A DNA stretch of 64,000 bases from Candidatus Moraniibacteriota bacterium (GTDB taxonomy: Bacteria > Patescibacteriota > Minisyncoccia > Moranbacterales > UBA1568). Below the pieces are notes generated by a model, which was not told the DNA's origin, did no database searches, and saw only the letters and a program-made list of their open reading frames with translations. Positions 47,497-56,945 of the stretch are shown in pieces. The DNA lies in assembly GCA_013334245.1 (NCBI GenBank), contig JAAXXZ010000003.1, forward strand, positions 2 to 64,001, given 5' to 3'. Position numbers and translations under genes: made by a program. The stretch's first letter is position 1. Every line of letters begins with the position of its first letter.

Positions 47497-48957
47497 TCAG
47501 CGGACGTGATCCCGAAGGTCGATGACTTCGTCTATCCGGATGCGTGCGACAAAGTCGGGAACGTGAGAGACGAAAATCATCGCGCCCTTATAGGCGTCGA
47601 GTGCGTCCGCGATCACGGGTATGTGCCGGAAATTGATATGGTTCGTGGGTTCGTCGAGGATGAGGAGGTTCGGCTGACGCAGGAAGAGCTGCGCGAACAT
47701 GAGCAGGCCCTTCTGTCCTTCGGACAGGGACGCTACCGGGAGCTGTAACAGTTCCGCGGGAATGAGGAATCGCGCCGCCGCCTTGAATACGTCTTCCTTC
47801 GTGCCGATGTCCATCGCGGATTCAAGTTCCTCGAACGCGGTCTTGTCGAAGTCGAGCGTAGAGAAATCCTGGCGATAGTATCCGATCTTCGCGCCCGGAG
47901 CGATATCGACGAGGTCGGAATTCCCGGAGACCAATGCCTCGAGCAGGGTGCTTTTTCCGATGCCGTTCGGTCCGGAAATCAGCAGGTGGGTATCCTTCTT
48001 GAGAACAAGATTCACGGGTGATATCTTTGGTCCGTCCGGCGTCATGACGGAGACGGACTTGATCGTGATGATGGGTCCGACGGATTCGGTCGCCGGAATC
48101 TCGAACGGAGGAAGCGTCTTGTCTTCCCGTTTGACGTCCACCTTGTTGTCCTCGAGTTCCTGCGCCATGTCCCGCATGCGCTTCGCGACGGATCGGAGTT
48201 TGCCTCCCTTGTTCGCGAAGACGTTCGCCTGGTCCTTCTTTTCCTTGATGGTGTGCTCGAGCCGGGCATTCTCGCGCTGTTCCTTCTCGATGCGACGGGA
48301 AATCTCCTCGACCACGTCGTAATAGTTTCCGGAATACTGTTCCATCTTATGCGTATGAACGTCGAGGTAGAGGACTCCGTCCGTGAACGCGTTCAGGAAG
48401 TCGGCGTCGTGGGAAATGACAATAAGCGTCTTGTGATAGGCCATCAGAAAGGCGGTCAGGTGCGCGATGCCTTCGTCGTCAAGGTTGTTCGTCGGTTCGT
48501 CGAGCAGCAGTATGTCGGGATCCTTGATGAGTGCCGAAGCGAGAAGTATCCGTGCCTGCTGGCCGCCGGAAAATTCACGGAGTTTCTTTTCAAGCGGGGG
48601 GACGGGCAGGTTCACGACTTCGAGCACTTCCTTGATCTTGACCGGAAGCTCCCATTCCTTCCCTGGGAAACCGTCGGCGAAGAAGTCGTGTATGGTCTCG
48701 TCGAGACGATCGCGTGGAATGACTTGCCTGCCGATGGCGACGGTCGAATTCGGATCGATGGATATCCGTCCACTCTCAGGTTTGCGCTCGTCCATGATGA
48801 GGCTGAACAGCGAGCTTTTCCCGGCACCGTTCTGACCCATGAGGGCTATCTTGGTGCCTCCGCGCACCGAAAAATTGACCGCGTCGAGGACGGGTTTGCG
48901 GTGCCGATATTCGAATGAGACCTCGCTGAACCGGAGGACGATGTTGTCTTTGGCCAT
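47497..48957 (-). CDS. ABC-F family ATPase
   Basis: Two ABC domains (GQNGAGKS, FSGGQ, LDEPTNNLD; GPNGIGKS, LDEPTNH), no TM segments. Confidence 0.92.
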   Translation of the reverse strand: MAKDNIVLRFSEVSFEYRHRKPVLDAVNFSVRGGTKIALMGQNGAGKSSLFSLIMDERKPESGRISIDPNSTVAIGRQVIPRDRLDETIHDFFADGFPGKEWELPVKIKEVLEVVNLPVPPLEKKLREFSGGQQARILLASALIKDPDILLLDEPTNNLDDEGIAHLTAFLMAYHKTLIVISHDADFLNAFTDGVLYLDVHTHKMEQYSGNYYDVVEEISRRIEKEQRENARLEHTIKEKKDQANVFANKGGKLRSVAKRMRDMAQELEDNKVDVKREDKTLPPFEIPATESVGPIITIKSVSVMTPDGPKISPVNLVLKKDTHLLISGPNGIGKSTLLEALVSGNSDLVDIAPGAKIGYYRQDFSTLDFDKTAFEELESAMDIGTKEDVFKAAARFLIPAELLQLPVASLSEGQKGLLMFAQLFLRQPNLLILDEPTNHINFRHIPVIADALDAYKGAMIFVSHVPDFVARIRIDEVIDLRDHVR

Positions 48958-49048
48958 CGTGTACAAAAAAATGCCGTTCTGCTTACGGATCCGGCTTCAT
49001 GACCAGTATAGGCCGAAAGAGGGGAATTGTCGAGCGCTGGGATGCGGT

Positions 49049-49798
49049 TCAAAGACCGAGCGAGGAAAGAAACTCGTCCTTTTCCGCTCCCTTGAGGTCT
49101 CGGTAGGCGCCGGGGGCGAGACTGCCGAGCGTGATGTTCATGATACGGACGCGCTTGAGCGCGATGACGGTTCCGCCGACGGCCGAAAGCATGCGTCGTA
49201 TCTGGTGTTTGCGACCTTCCGTGATGGTCATGGAGATCATACTCGGGCCTTTCTTGACGATGCGGCAGGGCTTCGTCGGACCGTCTTCGATGACGATGCC
49301 GCGTTCCATCGCCTCGATCATTTCATTTTTCAGGTGTTCCTGAACGGTGACCAGATACTCTTTTTCATGATTGAAGCGAGGAGAGAGAAGCCGCTCCGTT
49401 ATGCGACCGTCGTCCGTCAGGATGATGAGGCCTTCGGACTCCTTGTCGAGGCGGCCGATCGGGTAGACGCCGGAAACGGGGAATATATCCGCGATCGACC
49501 GATCATGATGCCCCTTTTCGGAATGCGTAAGGATGCCCCGCTTCTTGTTGTAGACGATATACCGATACGACCTCGGTTTGTACCCCTTCACGACGACCTC
49601 GTCGCCTTGGAGCACGCGATCGGTCAGGACGGCGACGCGGTTGTTGATGGTCACCTTGCCTTTCACGATGAGTTCCTCGGCTCCGCGGCGCGTCGAAACG
49701 CCGGTCAACGCGAGGTATCGGTTGATGCGGACGGGATAGGGGATATCGTCCTTCTTTTTTGTCGGATAGGTCTTTGCGGGAGTAGTCGGTGCGGGCAT
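49049..49798 (-). CDS. rRNA pseudouridine synthase (RsuA/RluB/RluF family)
   Basis: S4 domain RINRYLA; GRLDKESEGL and EGRKHQIRRM motifs. Confidence 0.93.
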   Translation of the reverse strand: MPAPTTPAKTYPTKKKDDIPYPVRINRYLALTGVSTRRGAEELIVKGKVTINNRVAVLTDRVLQGDEVVVKGYKPRSYRYIVYNKKRGILTHSEKGHHDRSIADIFPVSGVYPIGRLDKESEGLIILTDDGRITERLLSPRFNHEKEYLVTVQEHLKNEMIEAMERGIVIEDGPTKPCRIVKKGPSMISMTITEGRKHQIRRMLSAVGGTVIALKRVRIMNITLGSLAPGAYRDLKGAEKDEFLSSLGL

Positions 49799-49811
49799 GT
49801 CTGTGGCGTGA

Positions 49812-50975
49812 TTATGAGACGACCGAGTCGTCGAATTCCTCGATGTCACGTGATTTCTTTATCGAGAGCGAGACGGATTCCTTGTCCGGAATCTTCGCCG
49901 CCTCGACCGCCTTTCGTGCGGAGACGGGGAGTACGGGGAGAATCCCCCGTAACGCTGTCCCATCAATCTTCCTTATTTCATCCCATTTGTCAAGGGGTAC
50001 GAGGACCTCTCGGAGCTTGTCTTCGTCGTATTTCCAGGTCCTTCGGATCGATTTTCCGACTATTCCGGAAGATCCGAATACCCGGTCGACCTGTTTCCCT
50101 TCCATGTATCGGAGAAGCGTTTCCTGGAGCGCGGCGAAGCGCGTCTTGTCGCTCTTCATCCTGTCGCGGAGCGCGAGGATCTCTTCGATCGAGGTCTGCG
50201 CCTCTTCGTCTTCGACGGCCGTTTCTTCCTGGAACTTATGTTTCCAGAACGGACACAGTCGCTGAAATCCGCAGTAGTCGCAGAGTGGGGAGAGTATGGG
50301 ATCGAATTTTCCATCCTCGATGTTCCGTATCGTTTCGAGGAACTGGCGATCGAGATCTTCGAGCTGTTCCCTGGTCCGCGTCGAAGACAGTTTCACTCCG
50401 TGGCGAAGGTAGTAGAGGCTTACCGTGATGCGGTCAAGATGCGCGGTCTCCTTCGGATATCGGTCAAGAAATGCGCGGAGATAAATGGAGAGCTGGAGGT
50501 CGTTGTCGACCTTCTCCTGTGAGGGCATCTTGCGTGCCGTCTTATAGTCGATAATCTCGAAGCCGTCCGGAGTCGCATCAATACGGTCGATGATCCCGGC
50601 GATGACATGTTTGCCGTTTTCCTGGTCTCCGATCTCGATCGCGAAGCGGCTTTCCAGGTCGACGATGGTGAAATCGGCGGGGTTGTTCTTCGCGTAGTAG
50701 TCCGAAATGATCTTGACACCCTGCGTGAACGCGGCGCGTTCCTCGGTCTCGTCCGCGTAGGCGTCCCCGTTCCACGACTGCGAAAACTGGTTGAGCGCGG
50801 CATCGAGCGACGGCTGCATGGGTGCCGGCGTGTGAATGTATCGCAGTACGGAGTGCACAATGGTACCGAAGATCTGTTCCTTGGACTTTGGTTCCTTTAT
50901 CTTGTCGATCGCTTGGAAGCGATACTTCAGCGGACAATTCTTGTAGGCCTCGAGTCCCGAGTAGGATATTCTCAT
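49812..50975 (-). CDS. PD-(D/E)XK nuclease, RecB/AddB-like with putative Fe-S cysteines
   Basis: SYS..CP, GIIDRID, IIDYKT, QLSIY and CDYC..C motifs. Confidence 0.88.
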   Translation of the reverse strand: MRISYSGLEAYKNCPLKYRFQAIDKIKEPKSKEQIFGTIVHSVLRYIHTPAPMQPSLDAALNQFSQSWNGDAYADETEERAAFTQGVKIISDYYAKNNPADFTIVDLESRFAIEIGDQENGKHVIAGIIDRIDATPDGFEIIDYKTARKMPSQEKVDNDLQLSIYLRAFLDRYPKETAHLDRITVSLYYLRHGVKLSSTRTREQLEDLDRQFLETIRNIEDGKFDPILSPLCDYCGFQRLCPFWKHKFQEETAVEDEEAQTSIEEILALRDRMKSDKTRFAALQETLLRYMEGKQVDRVFGSSGIVGKSIRRTWKYDEDKLREVLVPLDKWDEIRKIDGTALRGILPVLPVSARKAVEAAKIPDKESVSLSIKKSRDIEEFDDSVVS

Positions 50976-51086
50976 AGTCGTTCTTTAAAAATGGCAGTTT
51001 AGACCTGATTATATCATGAAAGCAAATTCTTCACTGCGGAGCCATTACGGTATACACTTTGATCATAAATAATGTGTTGGACATGT

Positions 51087-51722
51087 ATGAAGAGTGGAAA
51101 ATGGACCGTGGATAATGTCGAAGATGGTTTAAATAGGTACTTTAAGGAGTTCGGTCGTTTTCCTACTGCACAGGAGATTGATAAAGTTAGTTACCTGCCC
51201 TCGTCACGACAGATTCAGCGGCGCTGGGGCGGGTTAGAGGAGCTAAGACGCCTACTCGGTCACAAGGATATTAATTTTGGTAAAGGTGTCCATAGAAGTA
51301 GGATTGCTCATGAATCCAATGTCAAGGGGAGGAGCGGGGAAGGATCCGTAAGGAAACTATTATGTGAGAGATTTCACGAAGAATTTGTTCATATCGAACG
51401 ACCGATAGATAAAAACAGAAAATTACGTGCAGATTTTTACGTGTACAGTCCCGAGGGAAATTTCTGCGTCGACGTATTTTCTACGGATACATTTCATGAC
51501 CTAGTCACACATATAGGCATAAAGTCCAGAAAATATGCCCATTATAGCGAGAAACTATTTTTTCTCTTAATTTCAGATCAGCTTTCCCAATGTGATATTG
51601 ACCTTTTGATTCAGAGAAAGAAAGTCCCTTTGTCTTCAAATGTATCGCTGGTAACGTTAGAATCGTTCAAGCAAATAATAAGAATTATGCCAAGTTATGA
51701 TTTCGTAGAGCAAAAATTGTAA
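51087..51722 (+). CDS. AT-rich putative nuclease: homing-endonuclease-associated repeat plus PD-(D/E)XK-like domain
   Basis: FGRFPT..LPSSRQIQRRWGG repeat-like N-terminus; RADFYV..CVDVF. Confidence 0.6.
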   Translation: MKSGKWTVDNVEDGLNRYFKEFGRFPTAQEIDKVSYLPSSRQIQRRWGGLEELRRLLGHKDINFGKGVHRSRIAHESNVKGRSGEGSVRKLLCERFHEEFVHIERPIDKNRKLRADFYVYSPEGNFCVDVFSTDTFHDLVTHIGIKSRKYAHYSEKLFFLLISDQLSQCDIDLLIQRKKVPLSSNVSLVTLESFKQIIRIMPSYDFVEQKL

Positions 51723-51917
51723 ATGCGGGAGGGGAGTGGTACTTATGAGTAAAAGATAGGAATAGAAATAATTTCGCTATTCAATCGTATGACAATGACG
51801 GTAGATAGTGTCAGGCGAGCTAGAGTCTACCGACTGCGGGCGCGATGGCATCTCATTTATTCTATTATAAAATTGATATTCATAAATAATATTGCTTGTG
51901 CCGTATTTATTCATGAC

Positions 51918-51945
51918 ATGTCGTACTATGTAACTTATGCGACAT
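51918..51945. other. dif-like Xer recombination site
   Basis: ATGTCGTACTA-TGTAAC-TTATGCGACAT: 11-6-11 layout, TTATG right-arm start as in dif, imperfect palindrome in an AT-rich intergenic region. Confidence 0.6.
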
Positions 51946-52075
51946 GCTAAAAGAAAATTTTATACGGCACCAGGCCGCTTCGTTGTCCGACTCTTTGTGT
52001 TTTAAGATTCCTGGGTGTACGATAGCACATGAAAAGTAACCCTGCAAGATTATGTCAAGAGGTCGATATAGAAGC

Positions 52076-52168
52076 ATGGAACCCTGGCGCTGGTCCTTCG
52101 GTGAAGTTGTCGCCTATATAGTGATGGCCGGCGCGTTCTTCGCTTGGGTTTTCTTACATCAAATCTGA
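52076..52168 (+). CDS. 30-aa single-TM peptide, not in ORF track
   Basis: MEPWRWSFGEVVAYIVMAGAFFAWVFLHQI; convergent with the prophage genes. Confidence 0.4.
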   Translation: MEPWRWSFGEVVAYIVMAGAFFAWVFLHQI

Positions 52169-52179
52169 CATCGAAACAA

Positions 52180-52737
52180 TCAAGCGTTGACCGTAGCAGA
52201 AACAGCCAGTCGATAGGCTCTCACGATCTGACCCGCTCGTTGCGCACTGATACCAAACACCCGGGCAATCTCCGTCGGCCCGGTTTTCTTTTGGATCAAT
52301 TGTTCCAAGCGCGCGACTCCTCCCTGCGCCTGGTATCGCCGGTCGAAAAAATCGCGATTAAATGCTTTCACGTCCAGGCCAGTATATGCTTCCTGAAATA
52401 TGCTCATTCTTTCGTCTAAAATCGTCCTCTCGGCCTCAATTTCAGTCGGACCCCATGAAAGAACCAACCGGGGGAGTCTGACGCGCTGACGGAGGTATTG
52501 GACGGCCTTACGGCGAAATGAAACAGAGGGTAACGCGGCGACCATCTCCGTCATCTCATACTCCCCTTCAAGATAGATCGATTCGCCGCAGTGCGGACAA
52601 TATTTCACAAAATATCCAAAGCCTCCCTTTTGTGCGCCGATCCAATACGCCTTTCCGATAGTTTTGCTCGCCATACGCTGAACACAAAGCCACGCGGGCG
52701 AGCGCGTGGCTGTGCGAATTATAGCACATCTCGCCAT
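52180..52737 (-). CDS. Phage protein with CxxC and C-terminal HTH (putative regulator)
   Basis: YCPHCG; GPTEIARVFGISAQRAGQI. Confidence 0.6.
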   Translation of the reverse strand: MARCAIIRTATRSPAWLCVQRMASKTIGKAYWIGAQKGGFGYFVKYCPHCGESIYLEGEYEMTEMVAALPSVSFRRKAVQYLRQRVRLPRLVLSWGPTEIEAERTILDERMSIFQEAYTGLDVKAFNRDFFDRRYQAQGGVARLEQLIQKKTGPTEIARVFGISAQRAGQIVRAYRLAVSATVNA

Positions 52738-52782
52738 GCGCCGGAATTCTTTTTCTGTTTATGTTTGTGTTTGTGTTTGTCT

Positions 52783-52956
52783 CTACGCTCCGGACCGGGC
52801 GCCGATATAGTATCCGGCGGCGGCCGTCGCGAGCGATTCGAGCAGCGCGGGCACCTCAATCTTGAGAATGACCGCGACGCAAACCGTCGCAATCACCGAC
52901 AAGGCGAGTATGGCCCGCACACTCCCCTTCGGGAGCCCGAGCGGTTCGTCCGTCAT
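52783..52956 (-). CDS. Small two-TM membrane protein, putative holin
   Basis: MTDEPLGLPKGSVRAILAL..GYYIG directly downstream of the endolysin. Confidence 0.6.
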   Translation of the reverse strand: MTDEPLGLPKGSVRAILALSVIATVCVAVILKIEVPALLESLATAAAGYYIGARSGA

Positions 52957-52979
52957 GGCGTTATTCTTAATGCTTAAAC

Positions 52980-53798
52980 TTATTTGATAATGATCGTAAG
53001 CACCATCCCCGCCATAATCAGGCTTGGGTTGGTAACGATCATTTTGTTGGTCTCGTATATCTCGAGCCAACGGGCGGCGCTGCCCAAATATCGTTGTGCG
53101 ATACTTGAGAGCGTTTCGCCTCTCGCAACGGTGTGTTTCACCGTTTCCGGTTCAACCGTATCAGTCTTCAACACGTCCGGAATCCGTAATTCCTGCCCGA
53201 CACGAATCGTACCGGGTTCCTTCAAAATGTCAGCGTTCGCAGCAAATATCTCAGGCCAGCGCGCAGAACTTCCCAGATACGCGCGCGCAAGTCCTGAAAG
53301 CGTATCGCCGGAAACCACCCTATGGCGCGTCGGTCGAATGGTTACCCCTTCCGCTTCGCGAAACAGCGCGGGCTGATTCAAAAACATCTGCGGATCCATC
53401 AACGCACCATCCTTCCATACGGAAAGATGCAAATGCGCCCCCGTAGATTGTCCGCTGTTTCCGGACTTGCCGATCTTCTGCCCAAGACTGACGTTGTCGC
53501 CAGGCTTCAATCGATCATCGATTTCGCTCATATGGCCGTATAATGCTTCGTATCGTCCATCGGCCGATCGTATGACAACCATCCGGCCGTAGCCGGTCAG
53601 TTGCCAGCGCTCAATACGCGAGACCCATCCGTCGAATATCGCTAAAAGCGGCGTGCCAGTCGGCACGGCAAAATCGGTGCCATTGTGATGGCCTCCATTT
53701 GTCTTATACATTTGCGGCCAATAGTTCCAGAATTTCTGCGAAACAGGGTATTCCCCTTCAAACGCTTTCGGCTTAATGTCTGTGCTCATAATCGTCAT
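52980..53798 (-). CDS. Endolysin: M23 peptidase plus two LysM domains
   Basis: HNGTD, YGHM and GNSGQSTGAHLH; HRVVSGDTLSGLA and HTVARGETLSSIA. Confidence 0.9.
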   Translation of the reverse strand: MTIMSTDIKPKAFEGEYPVSQKFWNYWPQMYKTNGGHHNGTDFAVPTGTPLLAIFDGWVSRIERWQLTGYGRMVVIRSADGRYEALYGHMSEIDDRLKPGDNVSLGQKIGKSGNSGQSTGAHLHLSVWKDGALMDPQMFLNQPALFREAEGVTIRPTRHRVVSGDTLSGLARAYLGSSARWPEIFAANADILKEPGTIRVGQELRIPDVLKTDTVEPETVKHTVARGETLSSIAQRYLGSAARWLEIYETNKMIVTNPSLIMAGMVLTIIIK

Positions 53799-54020
53799 TT
53801 AATGATTTATCCTACAAGCTTTTATATCGTTCACGCTGTCGCGTATCCACTTGATGTCAGTCTGAATCGCAGAAATTGCGGCATCAAGCTTGTCATGCGC
53901 CTCTACACGTTTCTCAAGCGTTGAAACGCGCTTTTCATTCGATCTCCAAATGACAGCGATCAACGCGATCGAAACGGTCCACGCAAGCGCAAAAATCGGA
54001 AATGGTACTTGGTCGGGCAT
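53799..54020 (-). CDS. Single-TM coiled-coil protein, putative holin
   Basis: N-terminal TM then RVSTLE..IQTDIKWI; directly upstream of the endolysin. Confidence 0.6.
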   Translation of the reverse strand: MPDQVPFPIFALAWTVSIALIAVIWRSNEKRVSTLEKRVEAHDKLDAAISAIQTDIKWIRDSVNDIKACRINH

Positions 54021-54021
54021 A

Positions 54022-54519
54022 TTACGAAACCTTAAAGACGCTTAATCGCGGAGTATAAACCACACGCGCCGCTCCTGAGTCTTGATAAATTTGCGCCTCA
54101 ATATAATCGCCCGGTACAAAATTAAAACAATCCGACAATGATCCAGCGTATCGTCCGGGTGCATCTTTTGAAAAAAAACAATCAGCAAGTTGGCTTCCAT
54201 TTTTTGCAATCGCAAACGCTCTTCCGGAACCACTGGTCGATGCTTCTATAGATGCACCAAAATTCACAAAATATACGCCGGCTTGATTGATAACAATCCG
54301 TTTATTCGTAGTATCGACCGTAATGTCGCCCGTTTGCGAGTCCACAGTCGCCGTGGAAGTCACTTTAGAAAAAACGCCAGAGGGACTCGAAAAATTGGCA
54401 AAGGCCAACTTCCCCTGTATCGGCGCTTTCGTGGTTGCAATAGTCAATGCCCGGATAGCATCCGCAATAGCCTTTAACGCCAAAATAATTCCTGAAAAAG
54501 AAATCTTTTCCATATTCAT
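54022..54519 (-). CDS. Short fibre / receptor-binding protein with C1q/TNF-like beta domain
   Basis: N-terminal helix; INQAGVYFV and GDYIEAQIYQDSG. Confidence 0.6.
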   Translation of the reverse strand: MNMEKISFSGIILALKAIADAIRALTIATTKAPIQGKLAFANFSSPSGVFSKVTSTATVDSQTGDITVDTTNKRIVINQAGVYFVNFGASIEASTSGSGRAFAIAKNGSQLADCFFSKDAPGRYAGSLSDCFNFVPGDYIEAQIYQDSGAARVVYTPRLSVFKVS

Positions 54520-55889
54520 TTCATTAATGTCATCGGCAAATAAATATATTCAAGATCAACACCGCCAGGCGTCGTTGCCGTATCGGTCGTCTGCAGCTCG
54601 ATCTTAAATTCGACAAACTCATATGGTCCGCTGCCCGGCGGCCAATCATACATCGCAACGACCGCGCCATCCGTTTCACTCGTCAAAATAAGCCCGTAAG
54701 CTGTAGCACGATTAAATCGGACATAGACTTTGACCGTGTGACCAGCAAGCAGCGGATTGTGCCGCAAAACAATGCGGCGCGGTGAATGTGTAGCGCAATC
54801 GATCTCCCCTGTTTCAAGAACAGCGGCTGAAAGGCTATAATTGCTCGTTTTCGAAACTCTCAATTTAGACGCCGTAATAGGGCCTCCGGAATAGGCTTCA
54901 CATACGTATAGGCGTTCCCCTAAGAAAGGCATCGGATCATAGTCGTGCGAAGCTCCGCTTGTAACAGTAGGATATGATTCGACGAAAAAAACGCTCCCGG
55001 AATCAATATCAATCGCATACAATTTCCGAGTCGTATCATCTGACACAAAAAATCCAAAACCATCACAAATATACAGCGCGCGAACAGTAGGTGCAGACCA
55101 TGGTAAGCGTCGCAACAGCTTCAATTCACCGTCATAAAGATAAACGTCAAGGTACCCGGTCGCCGTAAGCGCATAAAACAAAGCCACATCATCTCCAAAA
55201 GACGTTCCAAAGTAAAAATGAAACGGTATAGAGTCCAACGCCTGATCGCGGACAAATTCGTCAGACTCCGTTTTCCGATAGATTTTATCATCATGCCGAA
55301 CAAACAATGTTGATCCGACAGTGAAAAAATATGTGTCACTACCCACTCCGAACTCATGAACCAGTTCATATGTGACAAAATCCTTCGTGCGCAATATGTT
55401 CAACTCACCTTCGCCCAAGTATATATATTCGTCAAAAAAACAAATATCCGTCACGTTTCCGATAGCCGGCGCAGTCTCCGTCCACGAATCACCGCCATCA
55501 AAAGAATACGTGAGGTGGGGCAAATCAGAATCAAACACAACGACCAAATCAGTCCCCTTTTTCGCAAAAATACTTTGGGCTGACGCGAATGTATAAGAGC
55601 ACGTTTTCTTTTTTGTCCACGTCAATCCATCAAGCGTCCTCCAAATCTCGACTAAAAGCGTCGCAGGATTCGTAAGAACCATAAACGCGCCGCGCGAATT
55701 TGACGCAAACCGAGTATCACCACTCGTAGTAGCCGCAATTTCTGAAGACACAGCAACAGACCGTGGCAAAACCAGGTCACCGCTGTCAGTCACGTTAAGC
55801 GTAGCCGATCGAAACCCGTCCGGCTCAAACGTCTTGTATCCGAGTCCCTTCCGAAACCCCTTGATCAACTTAGATTTTTCAGTGCTCAT
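54516..55889 (-). CDS. Beta-propeller tail nozzle-like protein
   Basis: Asp-box repeats (RTLDGLTW, YSFDGGDSW, RTKDFVTY); position after the adaptor. Confidence 0.6.
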   Translation of the reverse strand: MSTEKSKLIKGFRKGLGYKTFEPDGFRSATLNVTDSGDLVLPRSVAVSSEIAATTSGDTRFASNSRGAFMVLTNPATLLVEIWRTLDGLTWTKKKTCSYTFASAQSIFAKKGTDLVVVFDSDLPHLTYSFDGGDSWTETAPAIGNVTDICFFDEYIYLGEGELNILRTKDFVTYELVHEFGVGSDTYFFTVGSTLFVRHDDKIYRKTESDEFVRDQALDSIPFHFYFGTSFGDDVALFYALTATGYLDVYLYDGELKLLRRLPWSAPTVRALYICDGFGFFVSDDTTRKLYAIDIDSGSVFFVESYPTVTSGASHDYDPMPFLGERLYVCEAYSGGPITASKLRVSKTSNYSLSAAVLETGEIDCATHSPRRIVLRHNPLLAGHTVKVYVRFNRATAYGLILTSETDGAVVAMYDWPPGSGPYEFVEFKIELQTTDTATTPGGVDLEYIYLPMTLMK

Positions 55890-56476
55890 ACGTTTGCTTG
55901 TTTGATTCGCTTTATCTCCTGATCCACTTCGTCACTCACCTCCTTCAAAACACGCCGTATTTCGTTTACATCGACATCAGGCATAAATTGTTTCGTCGTC
56001 GCCGTAAGCAAAACCAGTCGCCGAAGGTATCGAGAAACTCCCAAAAGCGCGGCGACAGGTAGATACCGTTCCGGAATATCAAGCGTGGTTCCGTCCGCAG
56101 TTGGGACCGTAAATGCGACGCGTCGATGAATCGTAATGGTTTTACCGCTTCCCGGTGCAAGCAGAAAAATTATCTCAGTCGCGGTCTGATAAAAGCGGTT
56201 CTGTCCGCCGTCTCGACAAACATCAATACGCTCGCGCTCATCAAGCGCGATCTCCTCGTATTCCTCGTCGCCGACCAAAATTCCATAGATACCAATCGTT
56301 CCGGAAGGCTTCGAAAAAATAGCGGTCGATCCATTGCCGGTCAGACTCGTGTCCTCGTCGTCAAGCCAAAAGAAATTCGACAAATGCCGAATCGCGTCGG
56401 CAGCCGCGATCGTAACGTCGGCCGAAGAATCGGCGACATAATTCTTGATAACCGTCTTAAATTCTGCGTACGTCAT
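55886..56476 (-). CDS. Head-tail adaptor (T7 gp11 / P22 gp4-like)
   Basis: MTYAEFKTVI start; LDIPERY motif; position after the capsid genes. Confidence 0.6.
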   Translation of the reverse strand: MTYAEFKTVIKNYVADSSADVTIAAADAIRHLSNFFWLDDEDTSLTGNGSTAIFSKPSGTIGIYGILVGDEEYEEIALDERERIDVCRDGGQNRFYQTATEIIFLLAPGSGKTITIHRRVAFTVPTADGTTLDIPERYLPVAALLGVSRYLRRLVLLTATTKQFMPDVDVNEIRRVLKEVSDEVDQEIKRIKQANV

Positions 56477-56651
56477 ACATGGTATGTTAGTGATTCCTCC
56501 GAAAAGCCCTGTTGGCGGGAAACTTCTGCTTGCGTCCGGACGACGGAACGACACGCCGCTACCGGAACCATCAGAGCTATTCGGAAGGATCAACAATTGT
56601 TGACCTTCCGGAATGTCGACATTGGCCGGCCGGCCATAGTCGACATTCCTT

Positions 56652-56876
56652 TCATTTCTTGTCTCCGTCTCCTTCGGGTTCCTTGTCCCCTTCCGGAACA
56701 GTCGGCTCCTCCGGTACTTCCTCAACTGCCTCAAGCGCATCATCCTCACTCAACTTTTTTATGAGCGCCTTGTTGTCCGTCTCGAACGGATCCCGATCCG
56801 TCAACGTGACCTTCTCGCCGCCGTAGAATCCAACATGGATCCCAGCGCGAAGGTTTATTCGTCTAAATTTCGCCAT
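56652..56876 (-). CDS. Small phage protein with acidic tail (74 aa)
   Basis: MAKFRRIN..FETDN..; located directly after the MCP. Confidence 0.6.
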   Translation of the reverse strand: MAKFRRINLRAGIHVGFYGGEKVTLTDRDPFETDNKALIKKLSEDDALEAVEEVPEEPTVPEGDKEPEGDGDKK

Positions 56877-56945
56877 AATCGTCATTTGTCGGATTAAATC
56901 CCCGAAGAGAGGATCCGGCCGGCCATCCGGCCGGATCCGCTGCAA

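Noticed and set aside
49812-50975. RecB-like nuclease as cas4 of a CRISPR system
   Set aside because: No array or other cas genes in the window; sits in a housekeeping operon
51723-52179. tRNA or tmRNA as the prophage attachment site
   Set aside because: No cloverleaf, T-loop or tmRNA termini found in this interval
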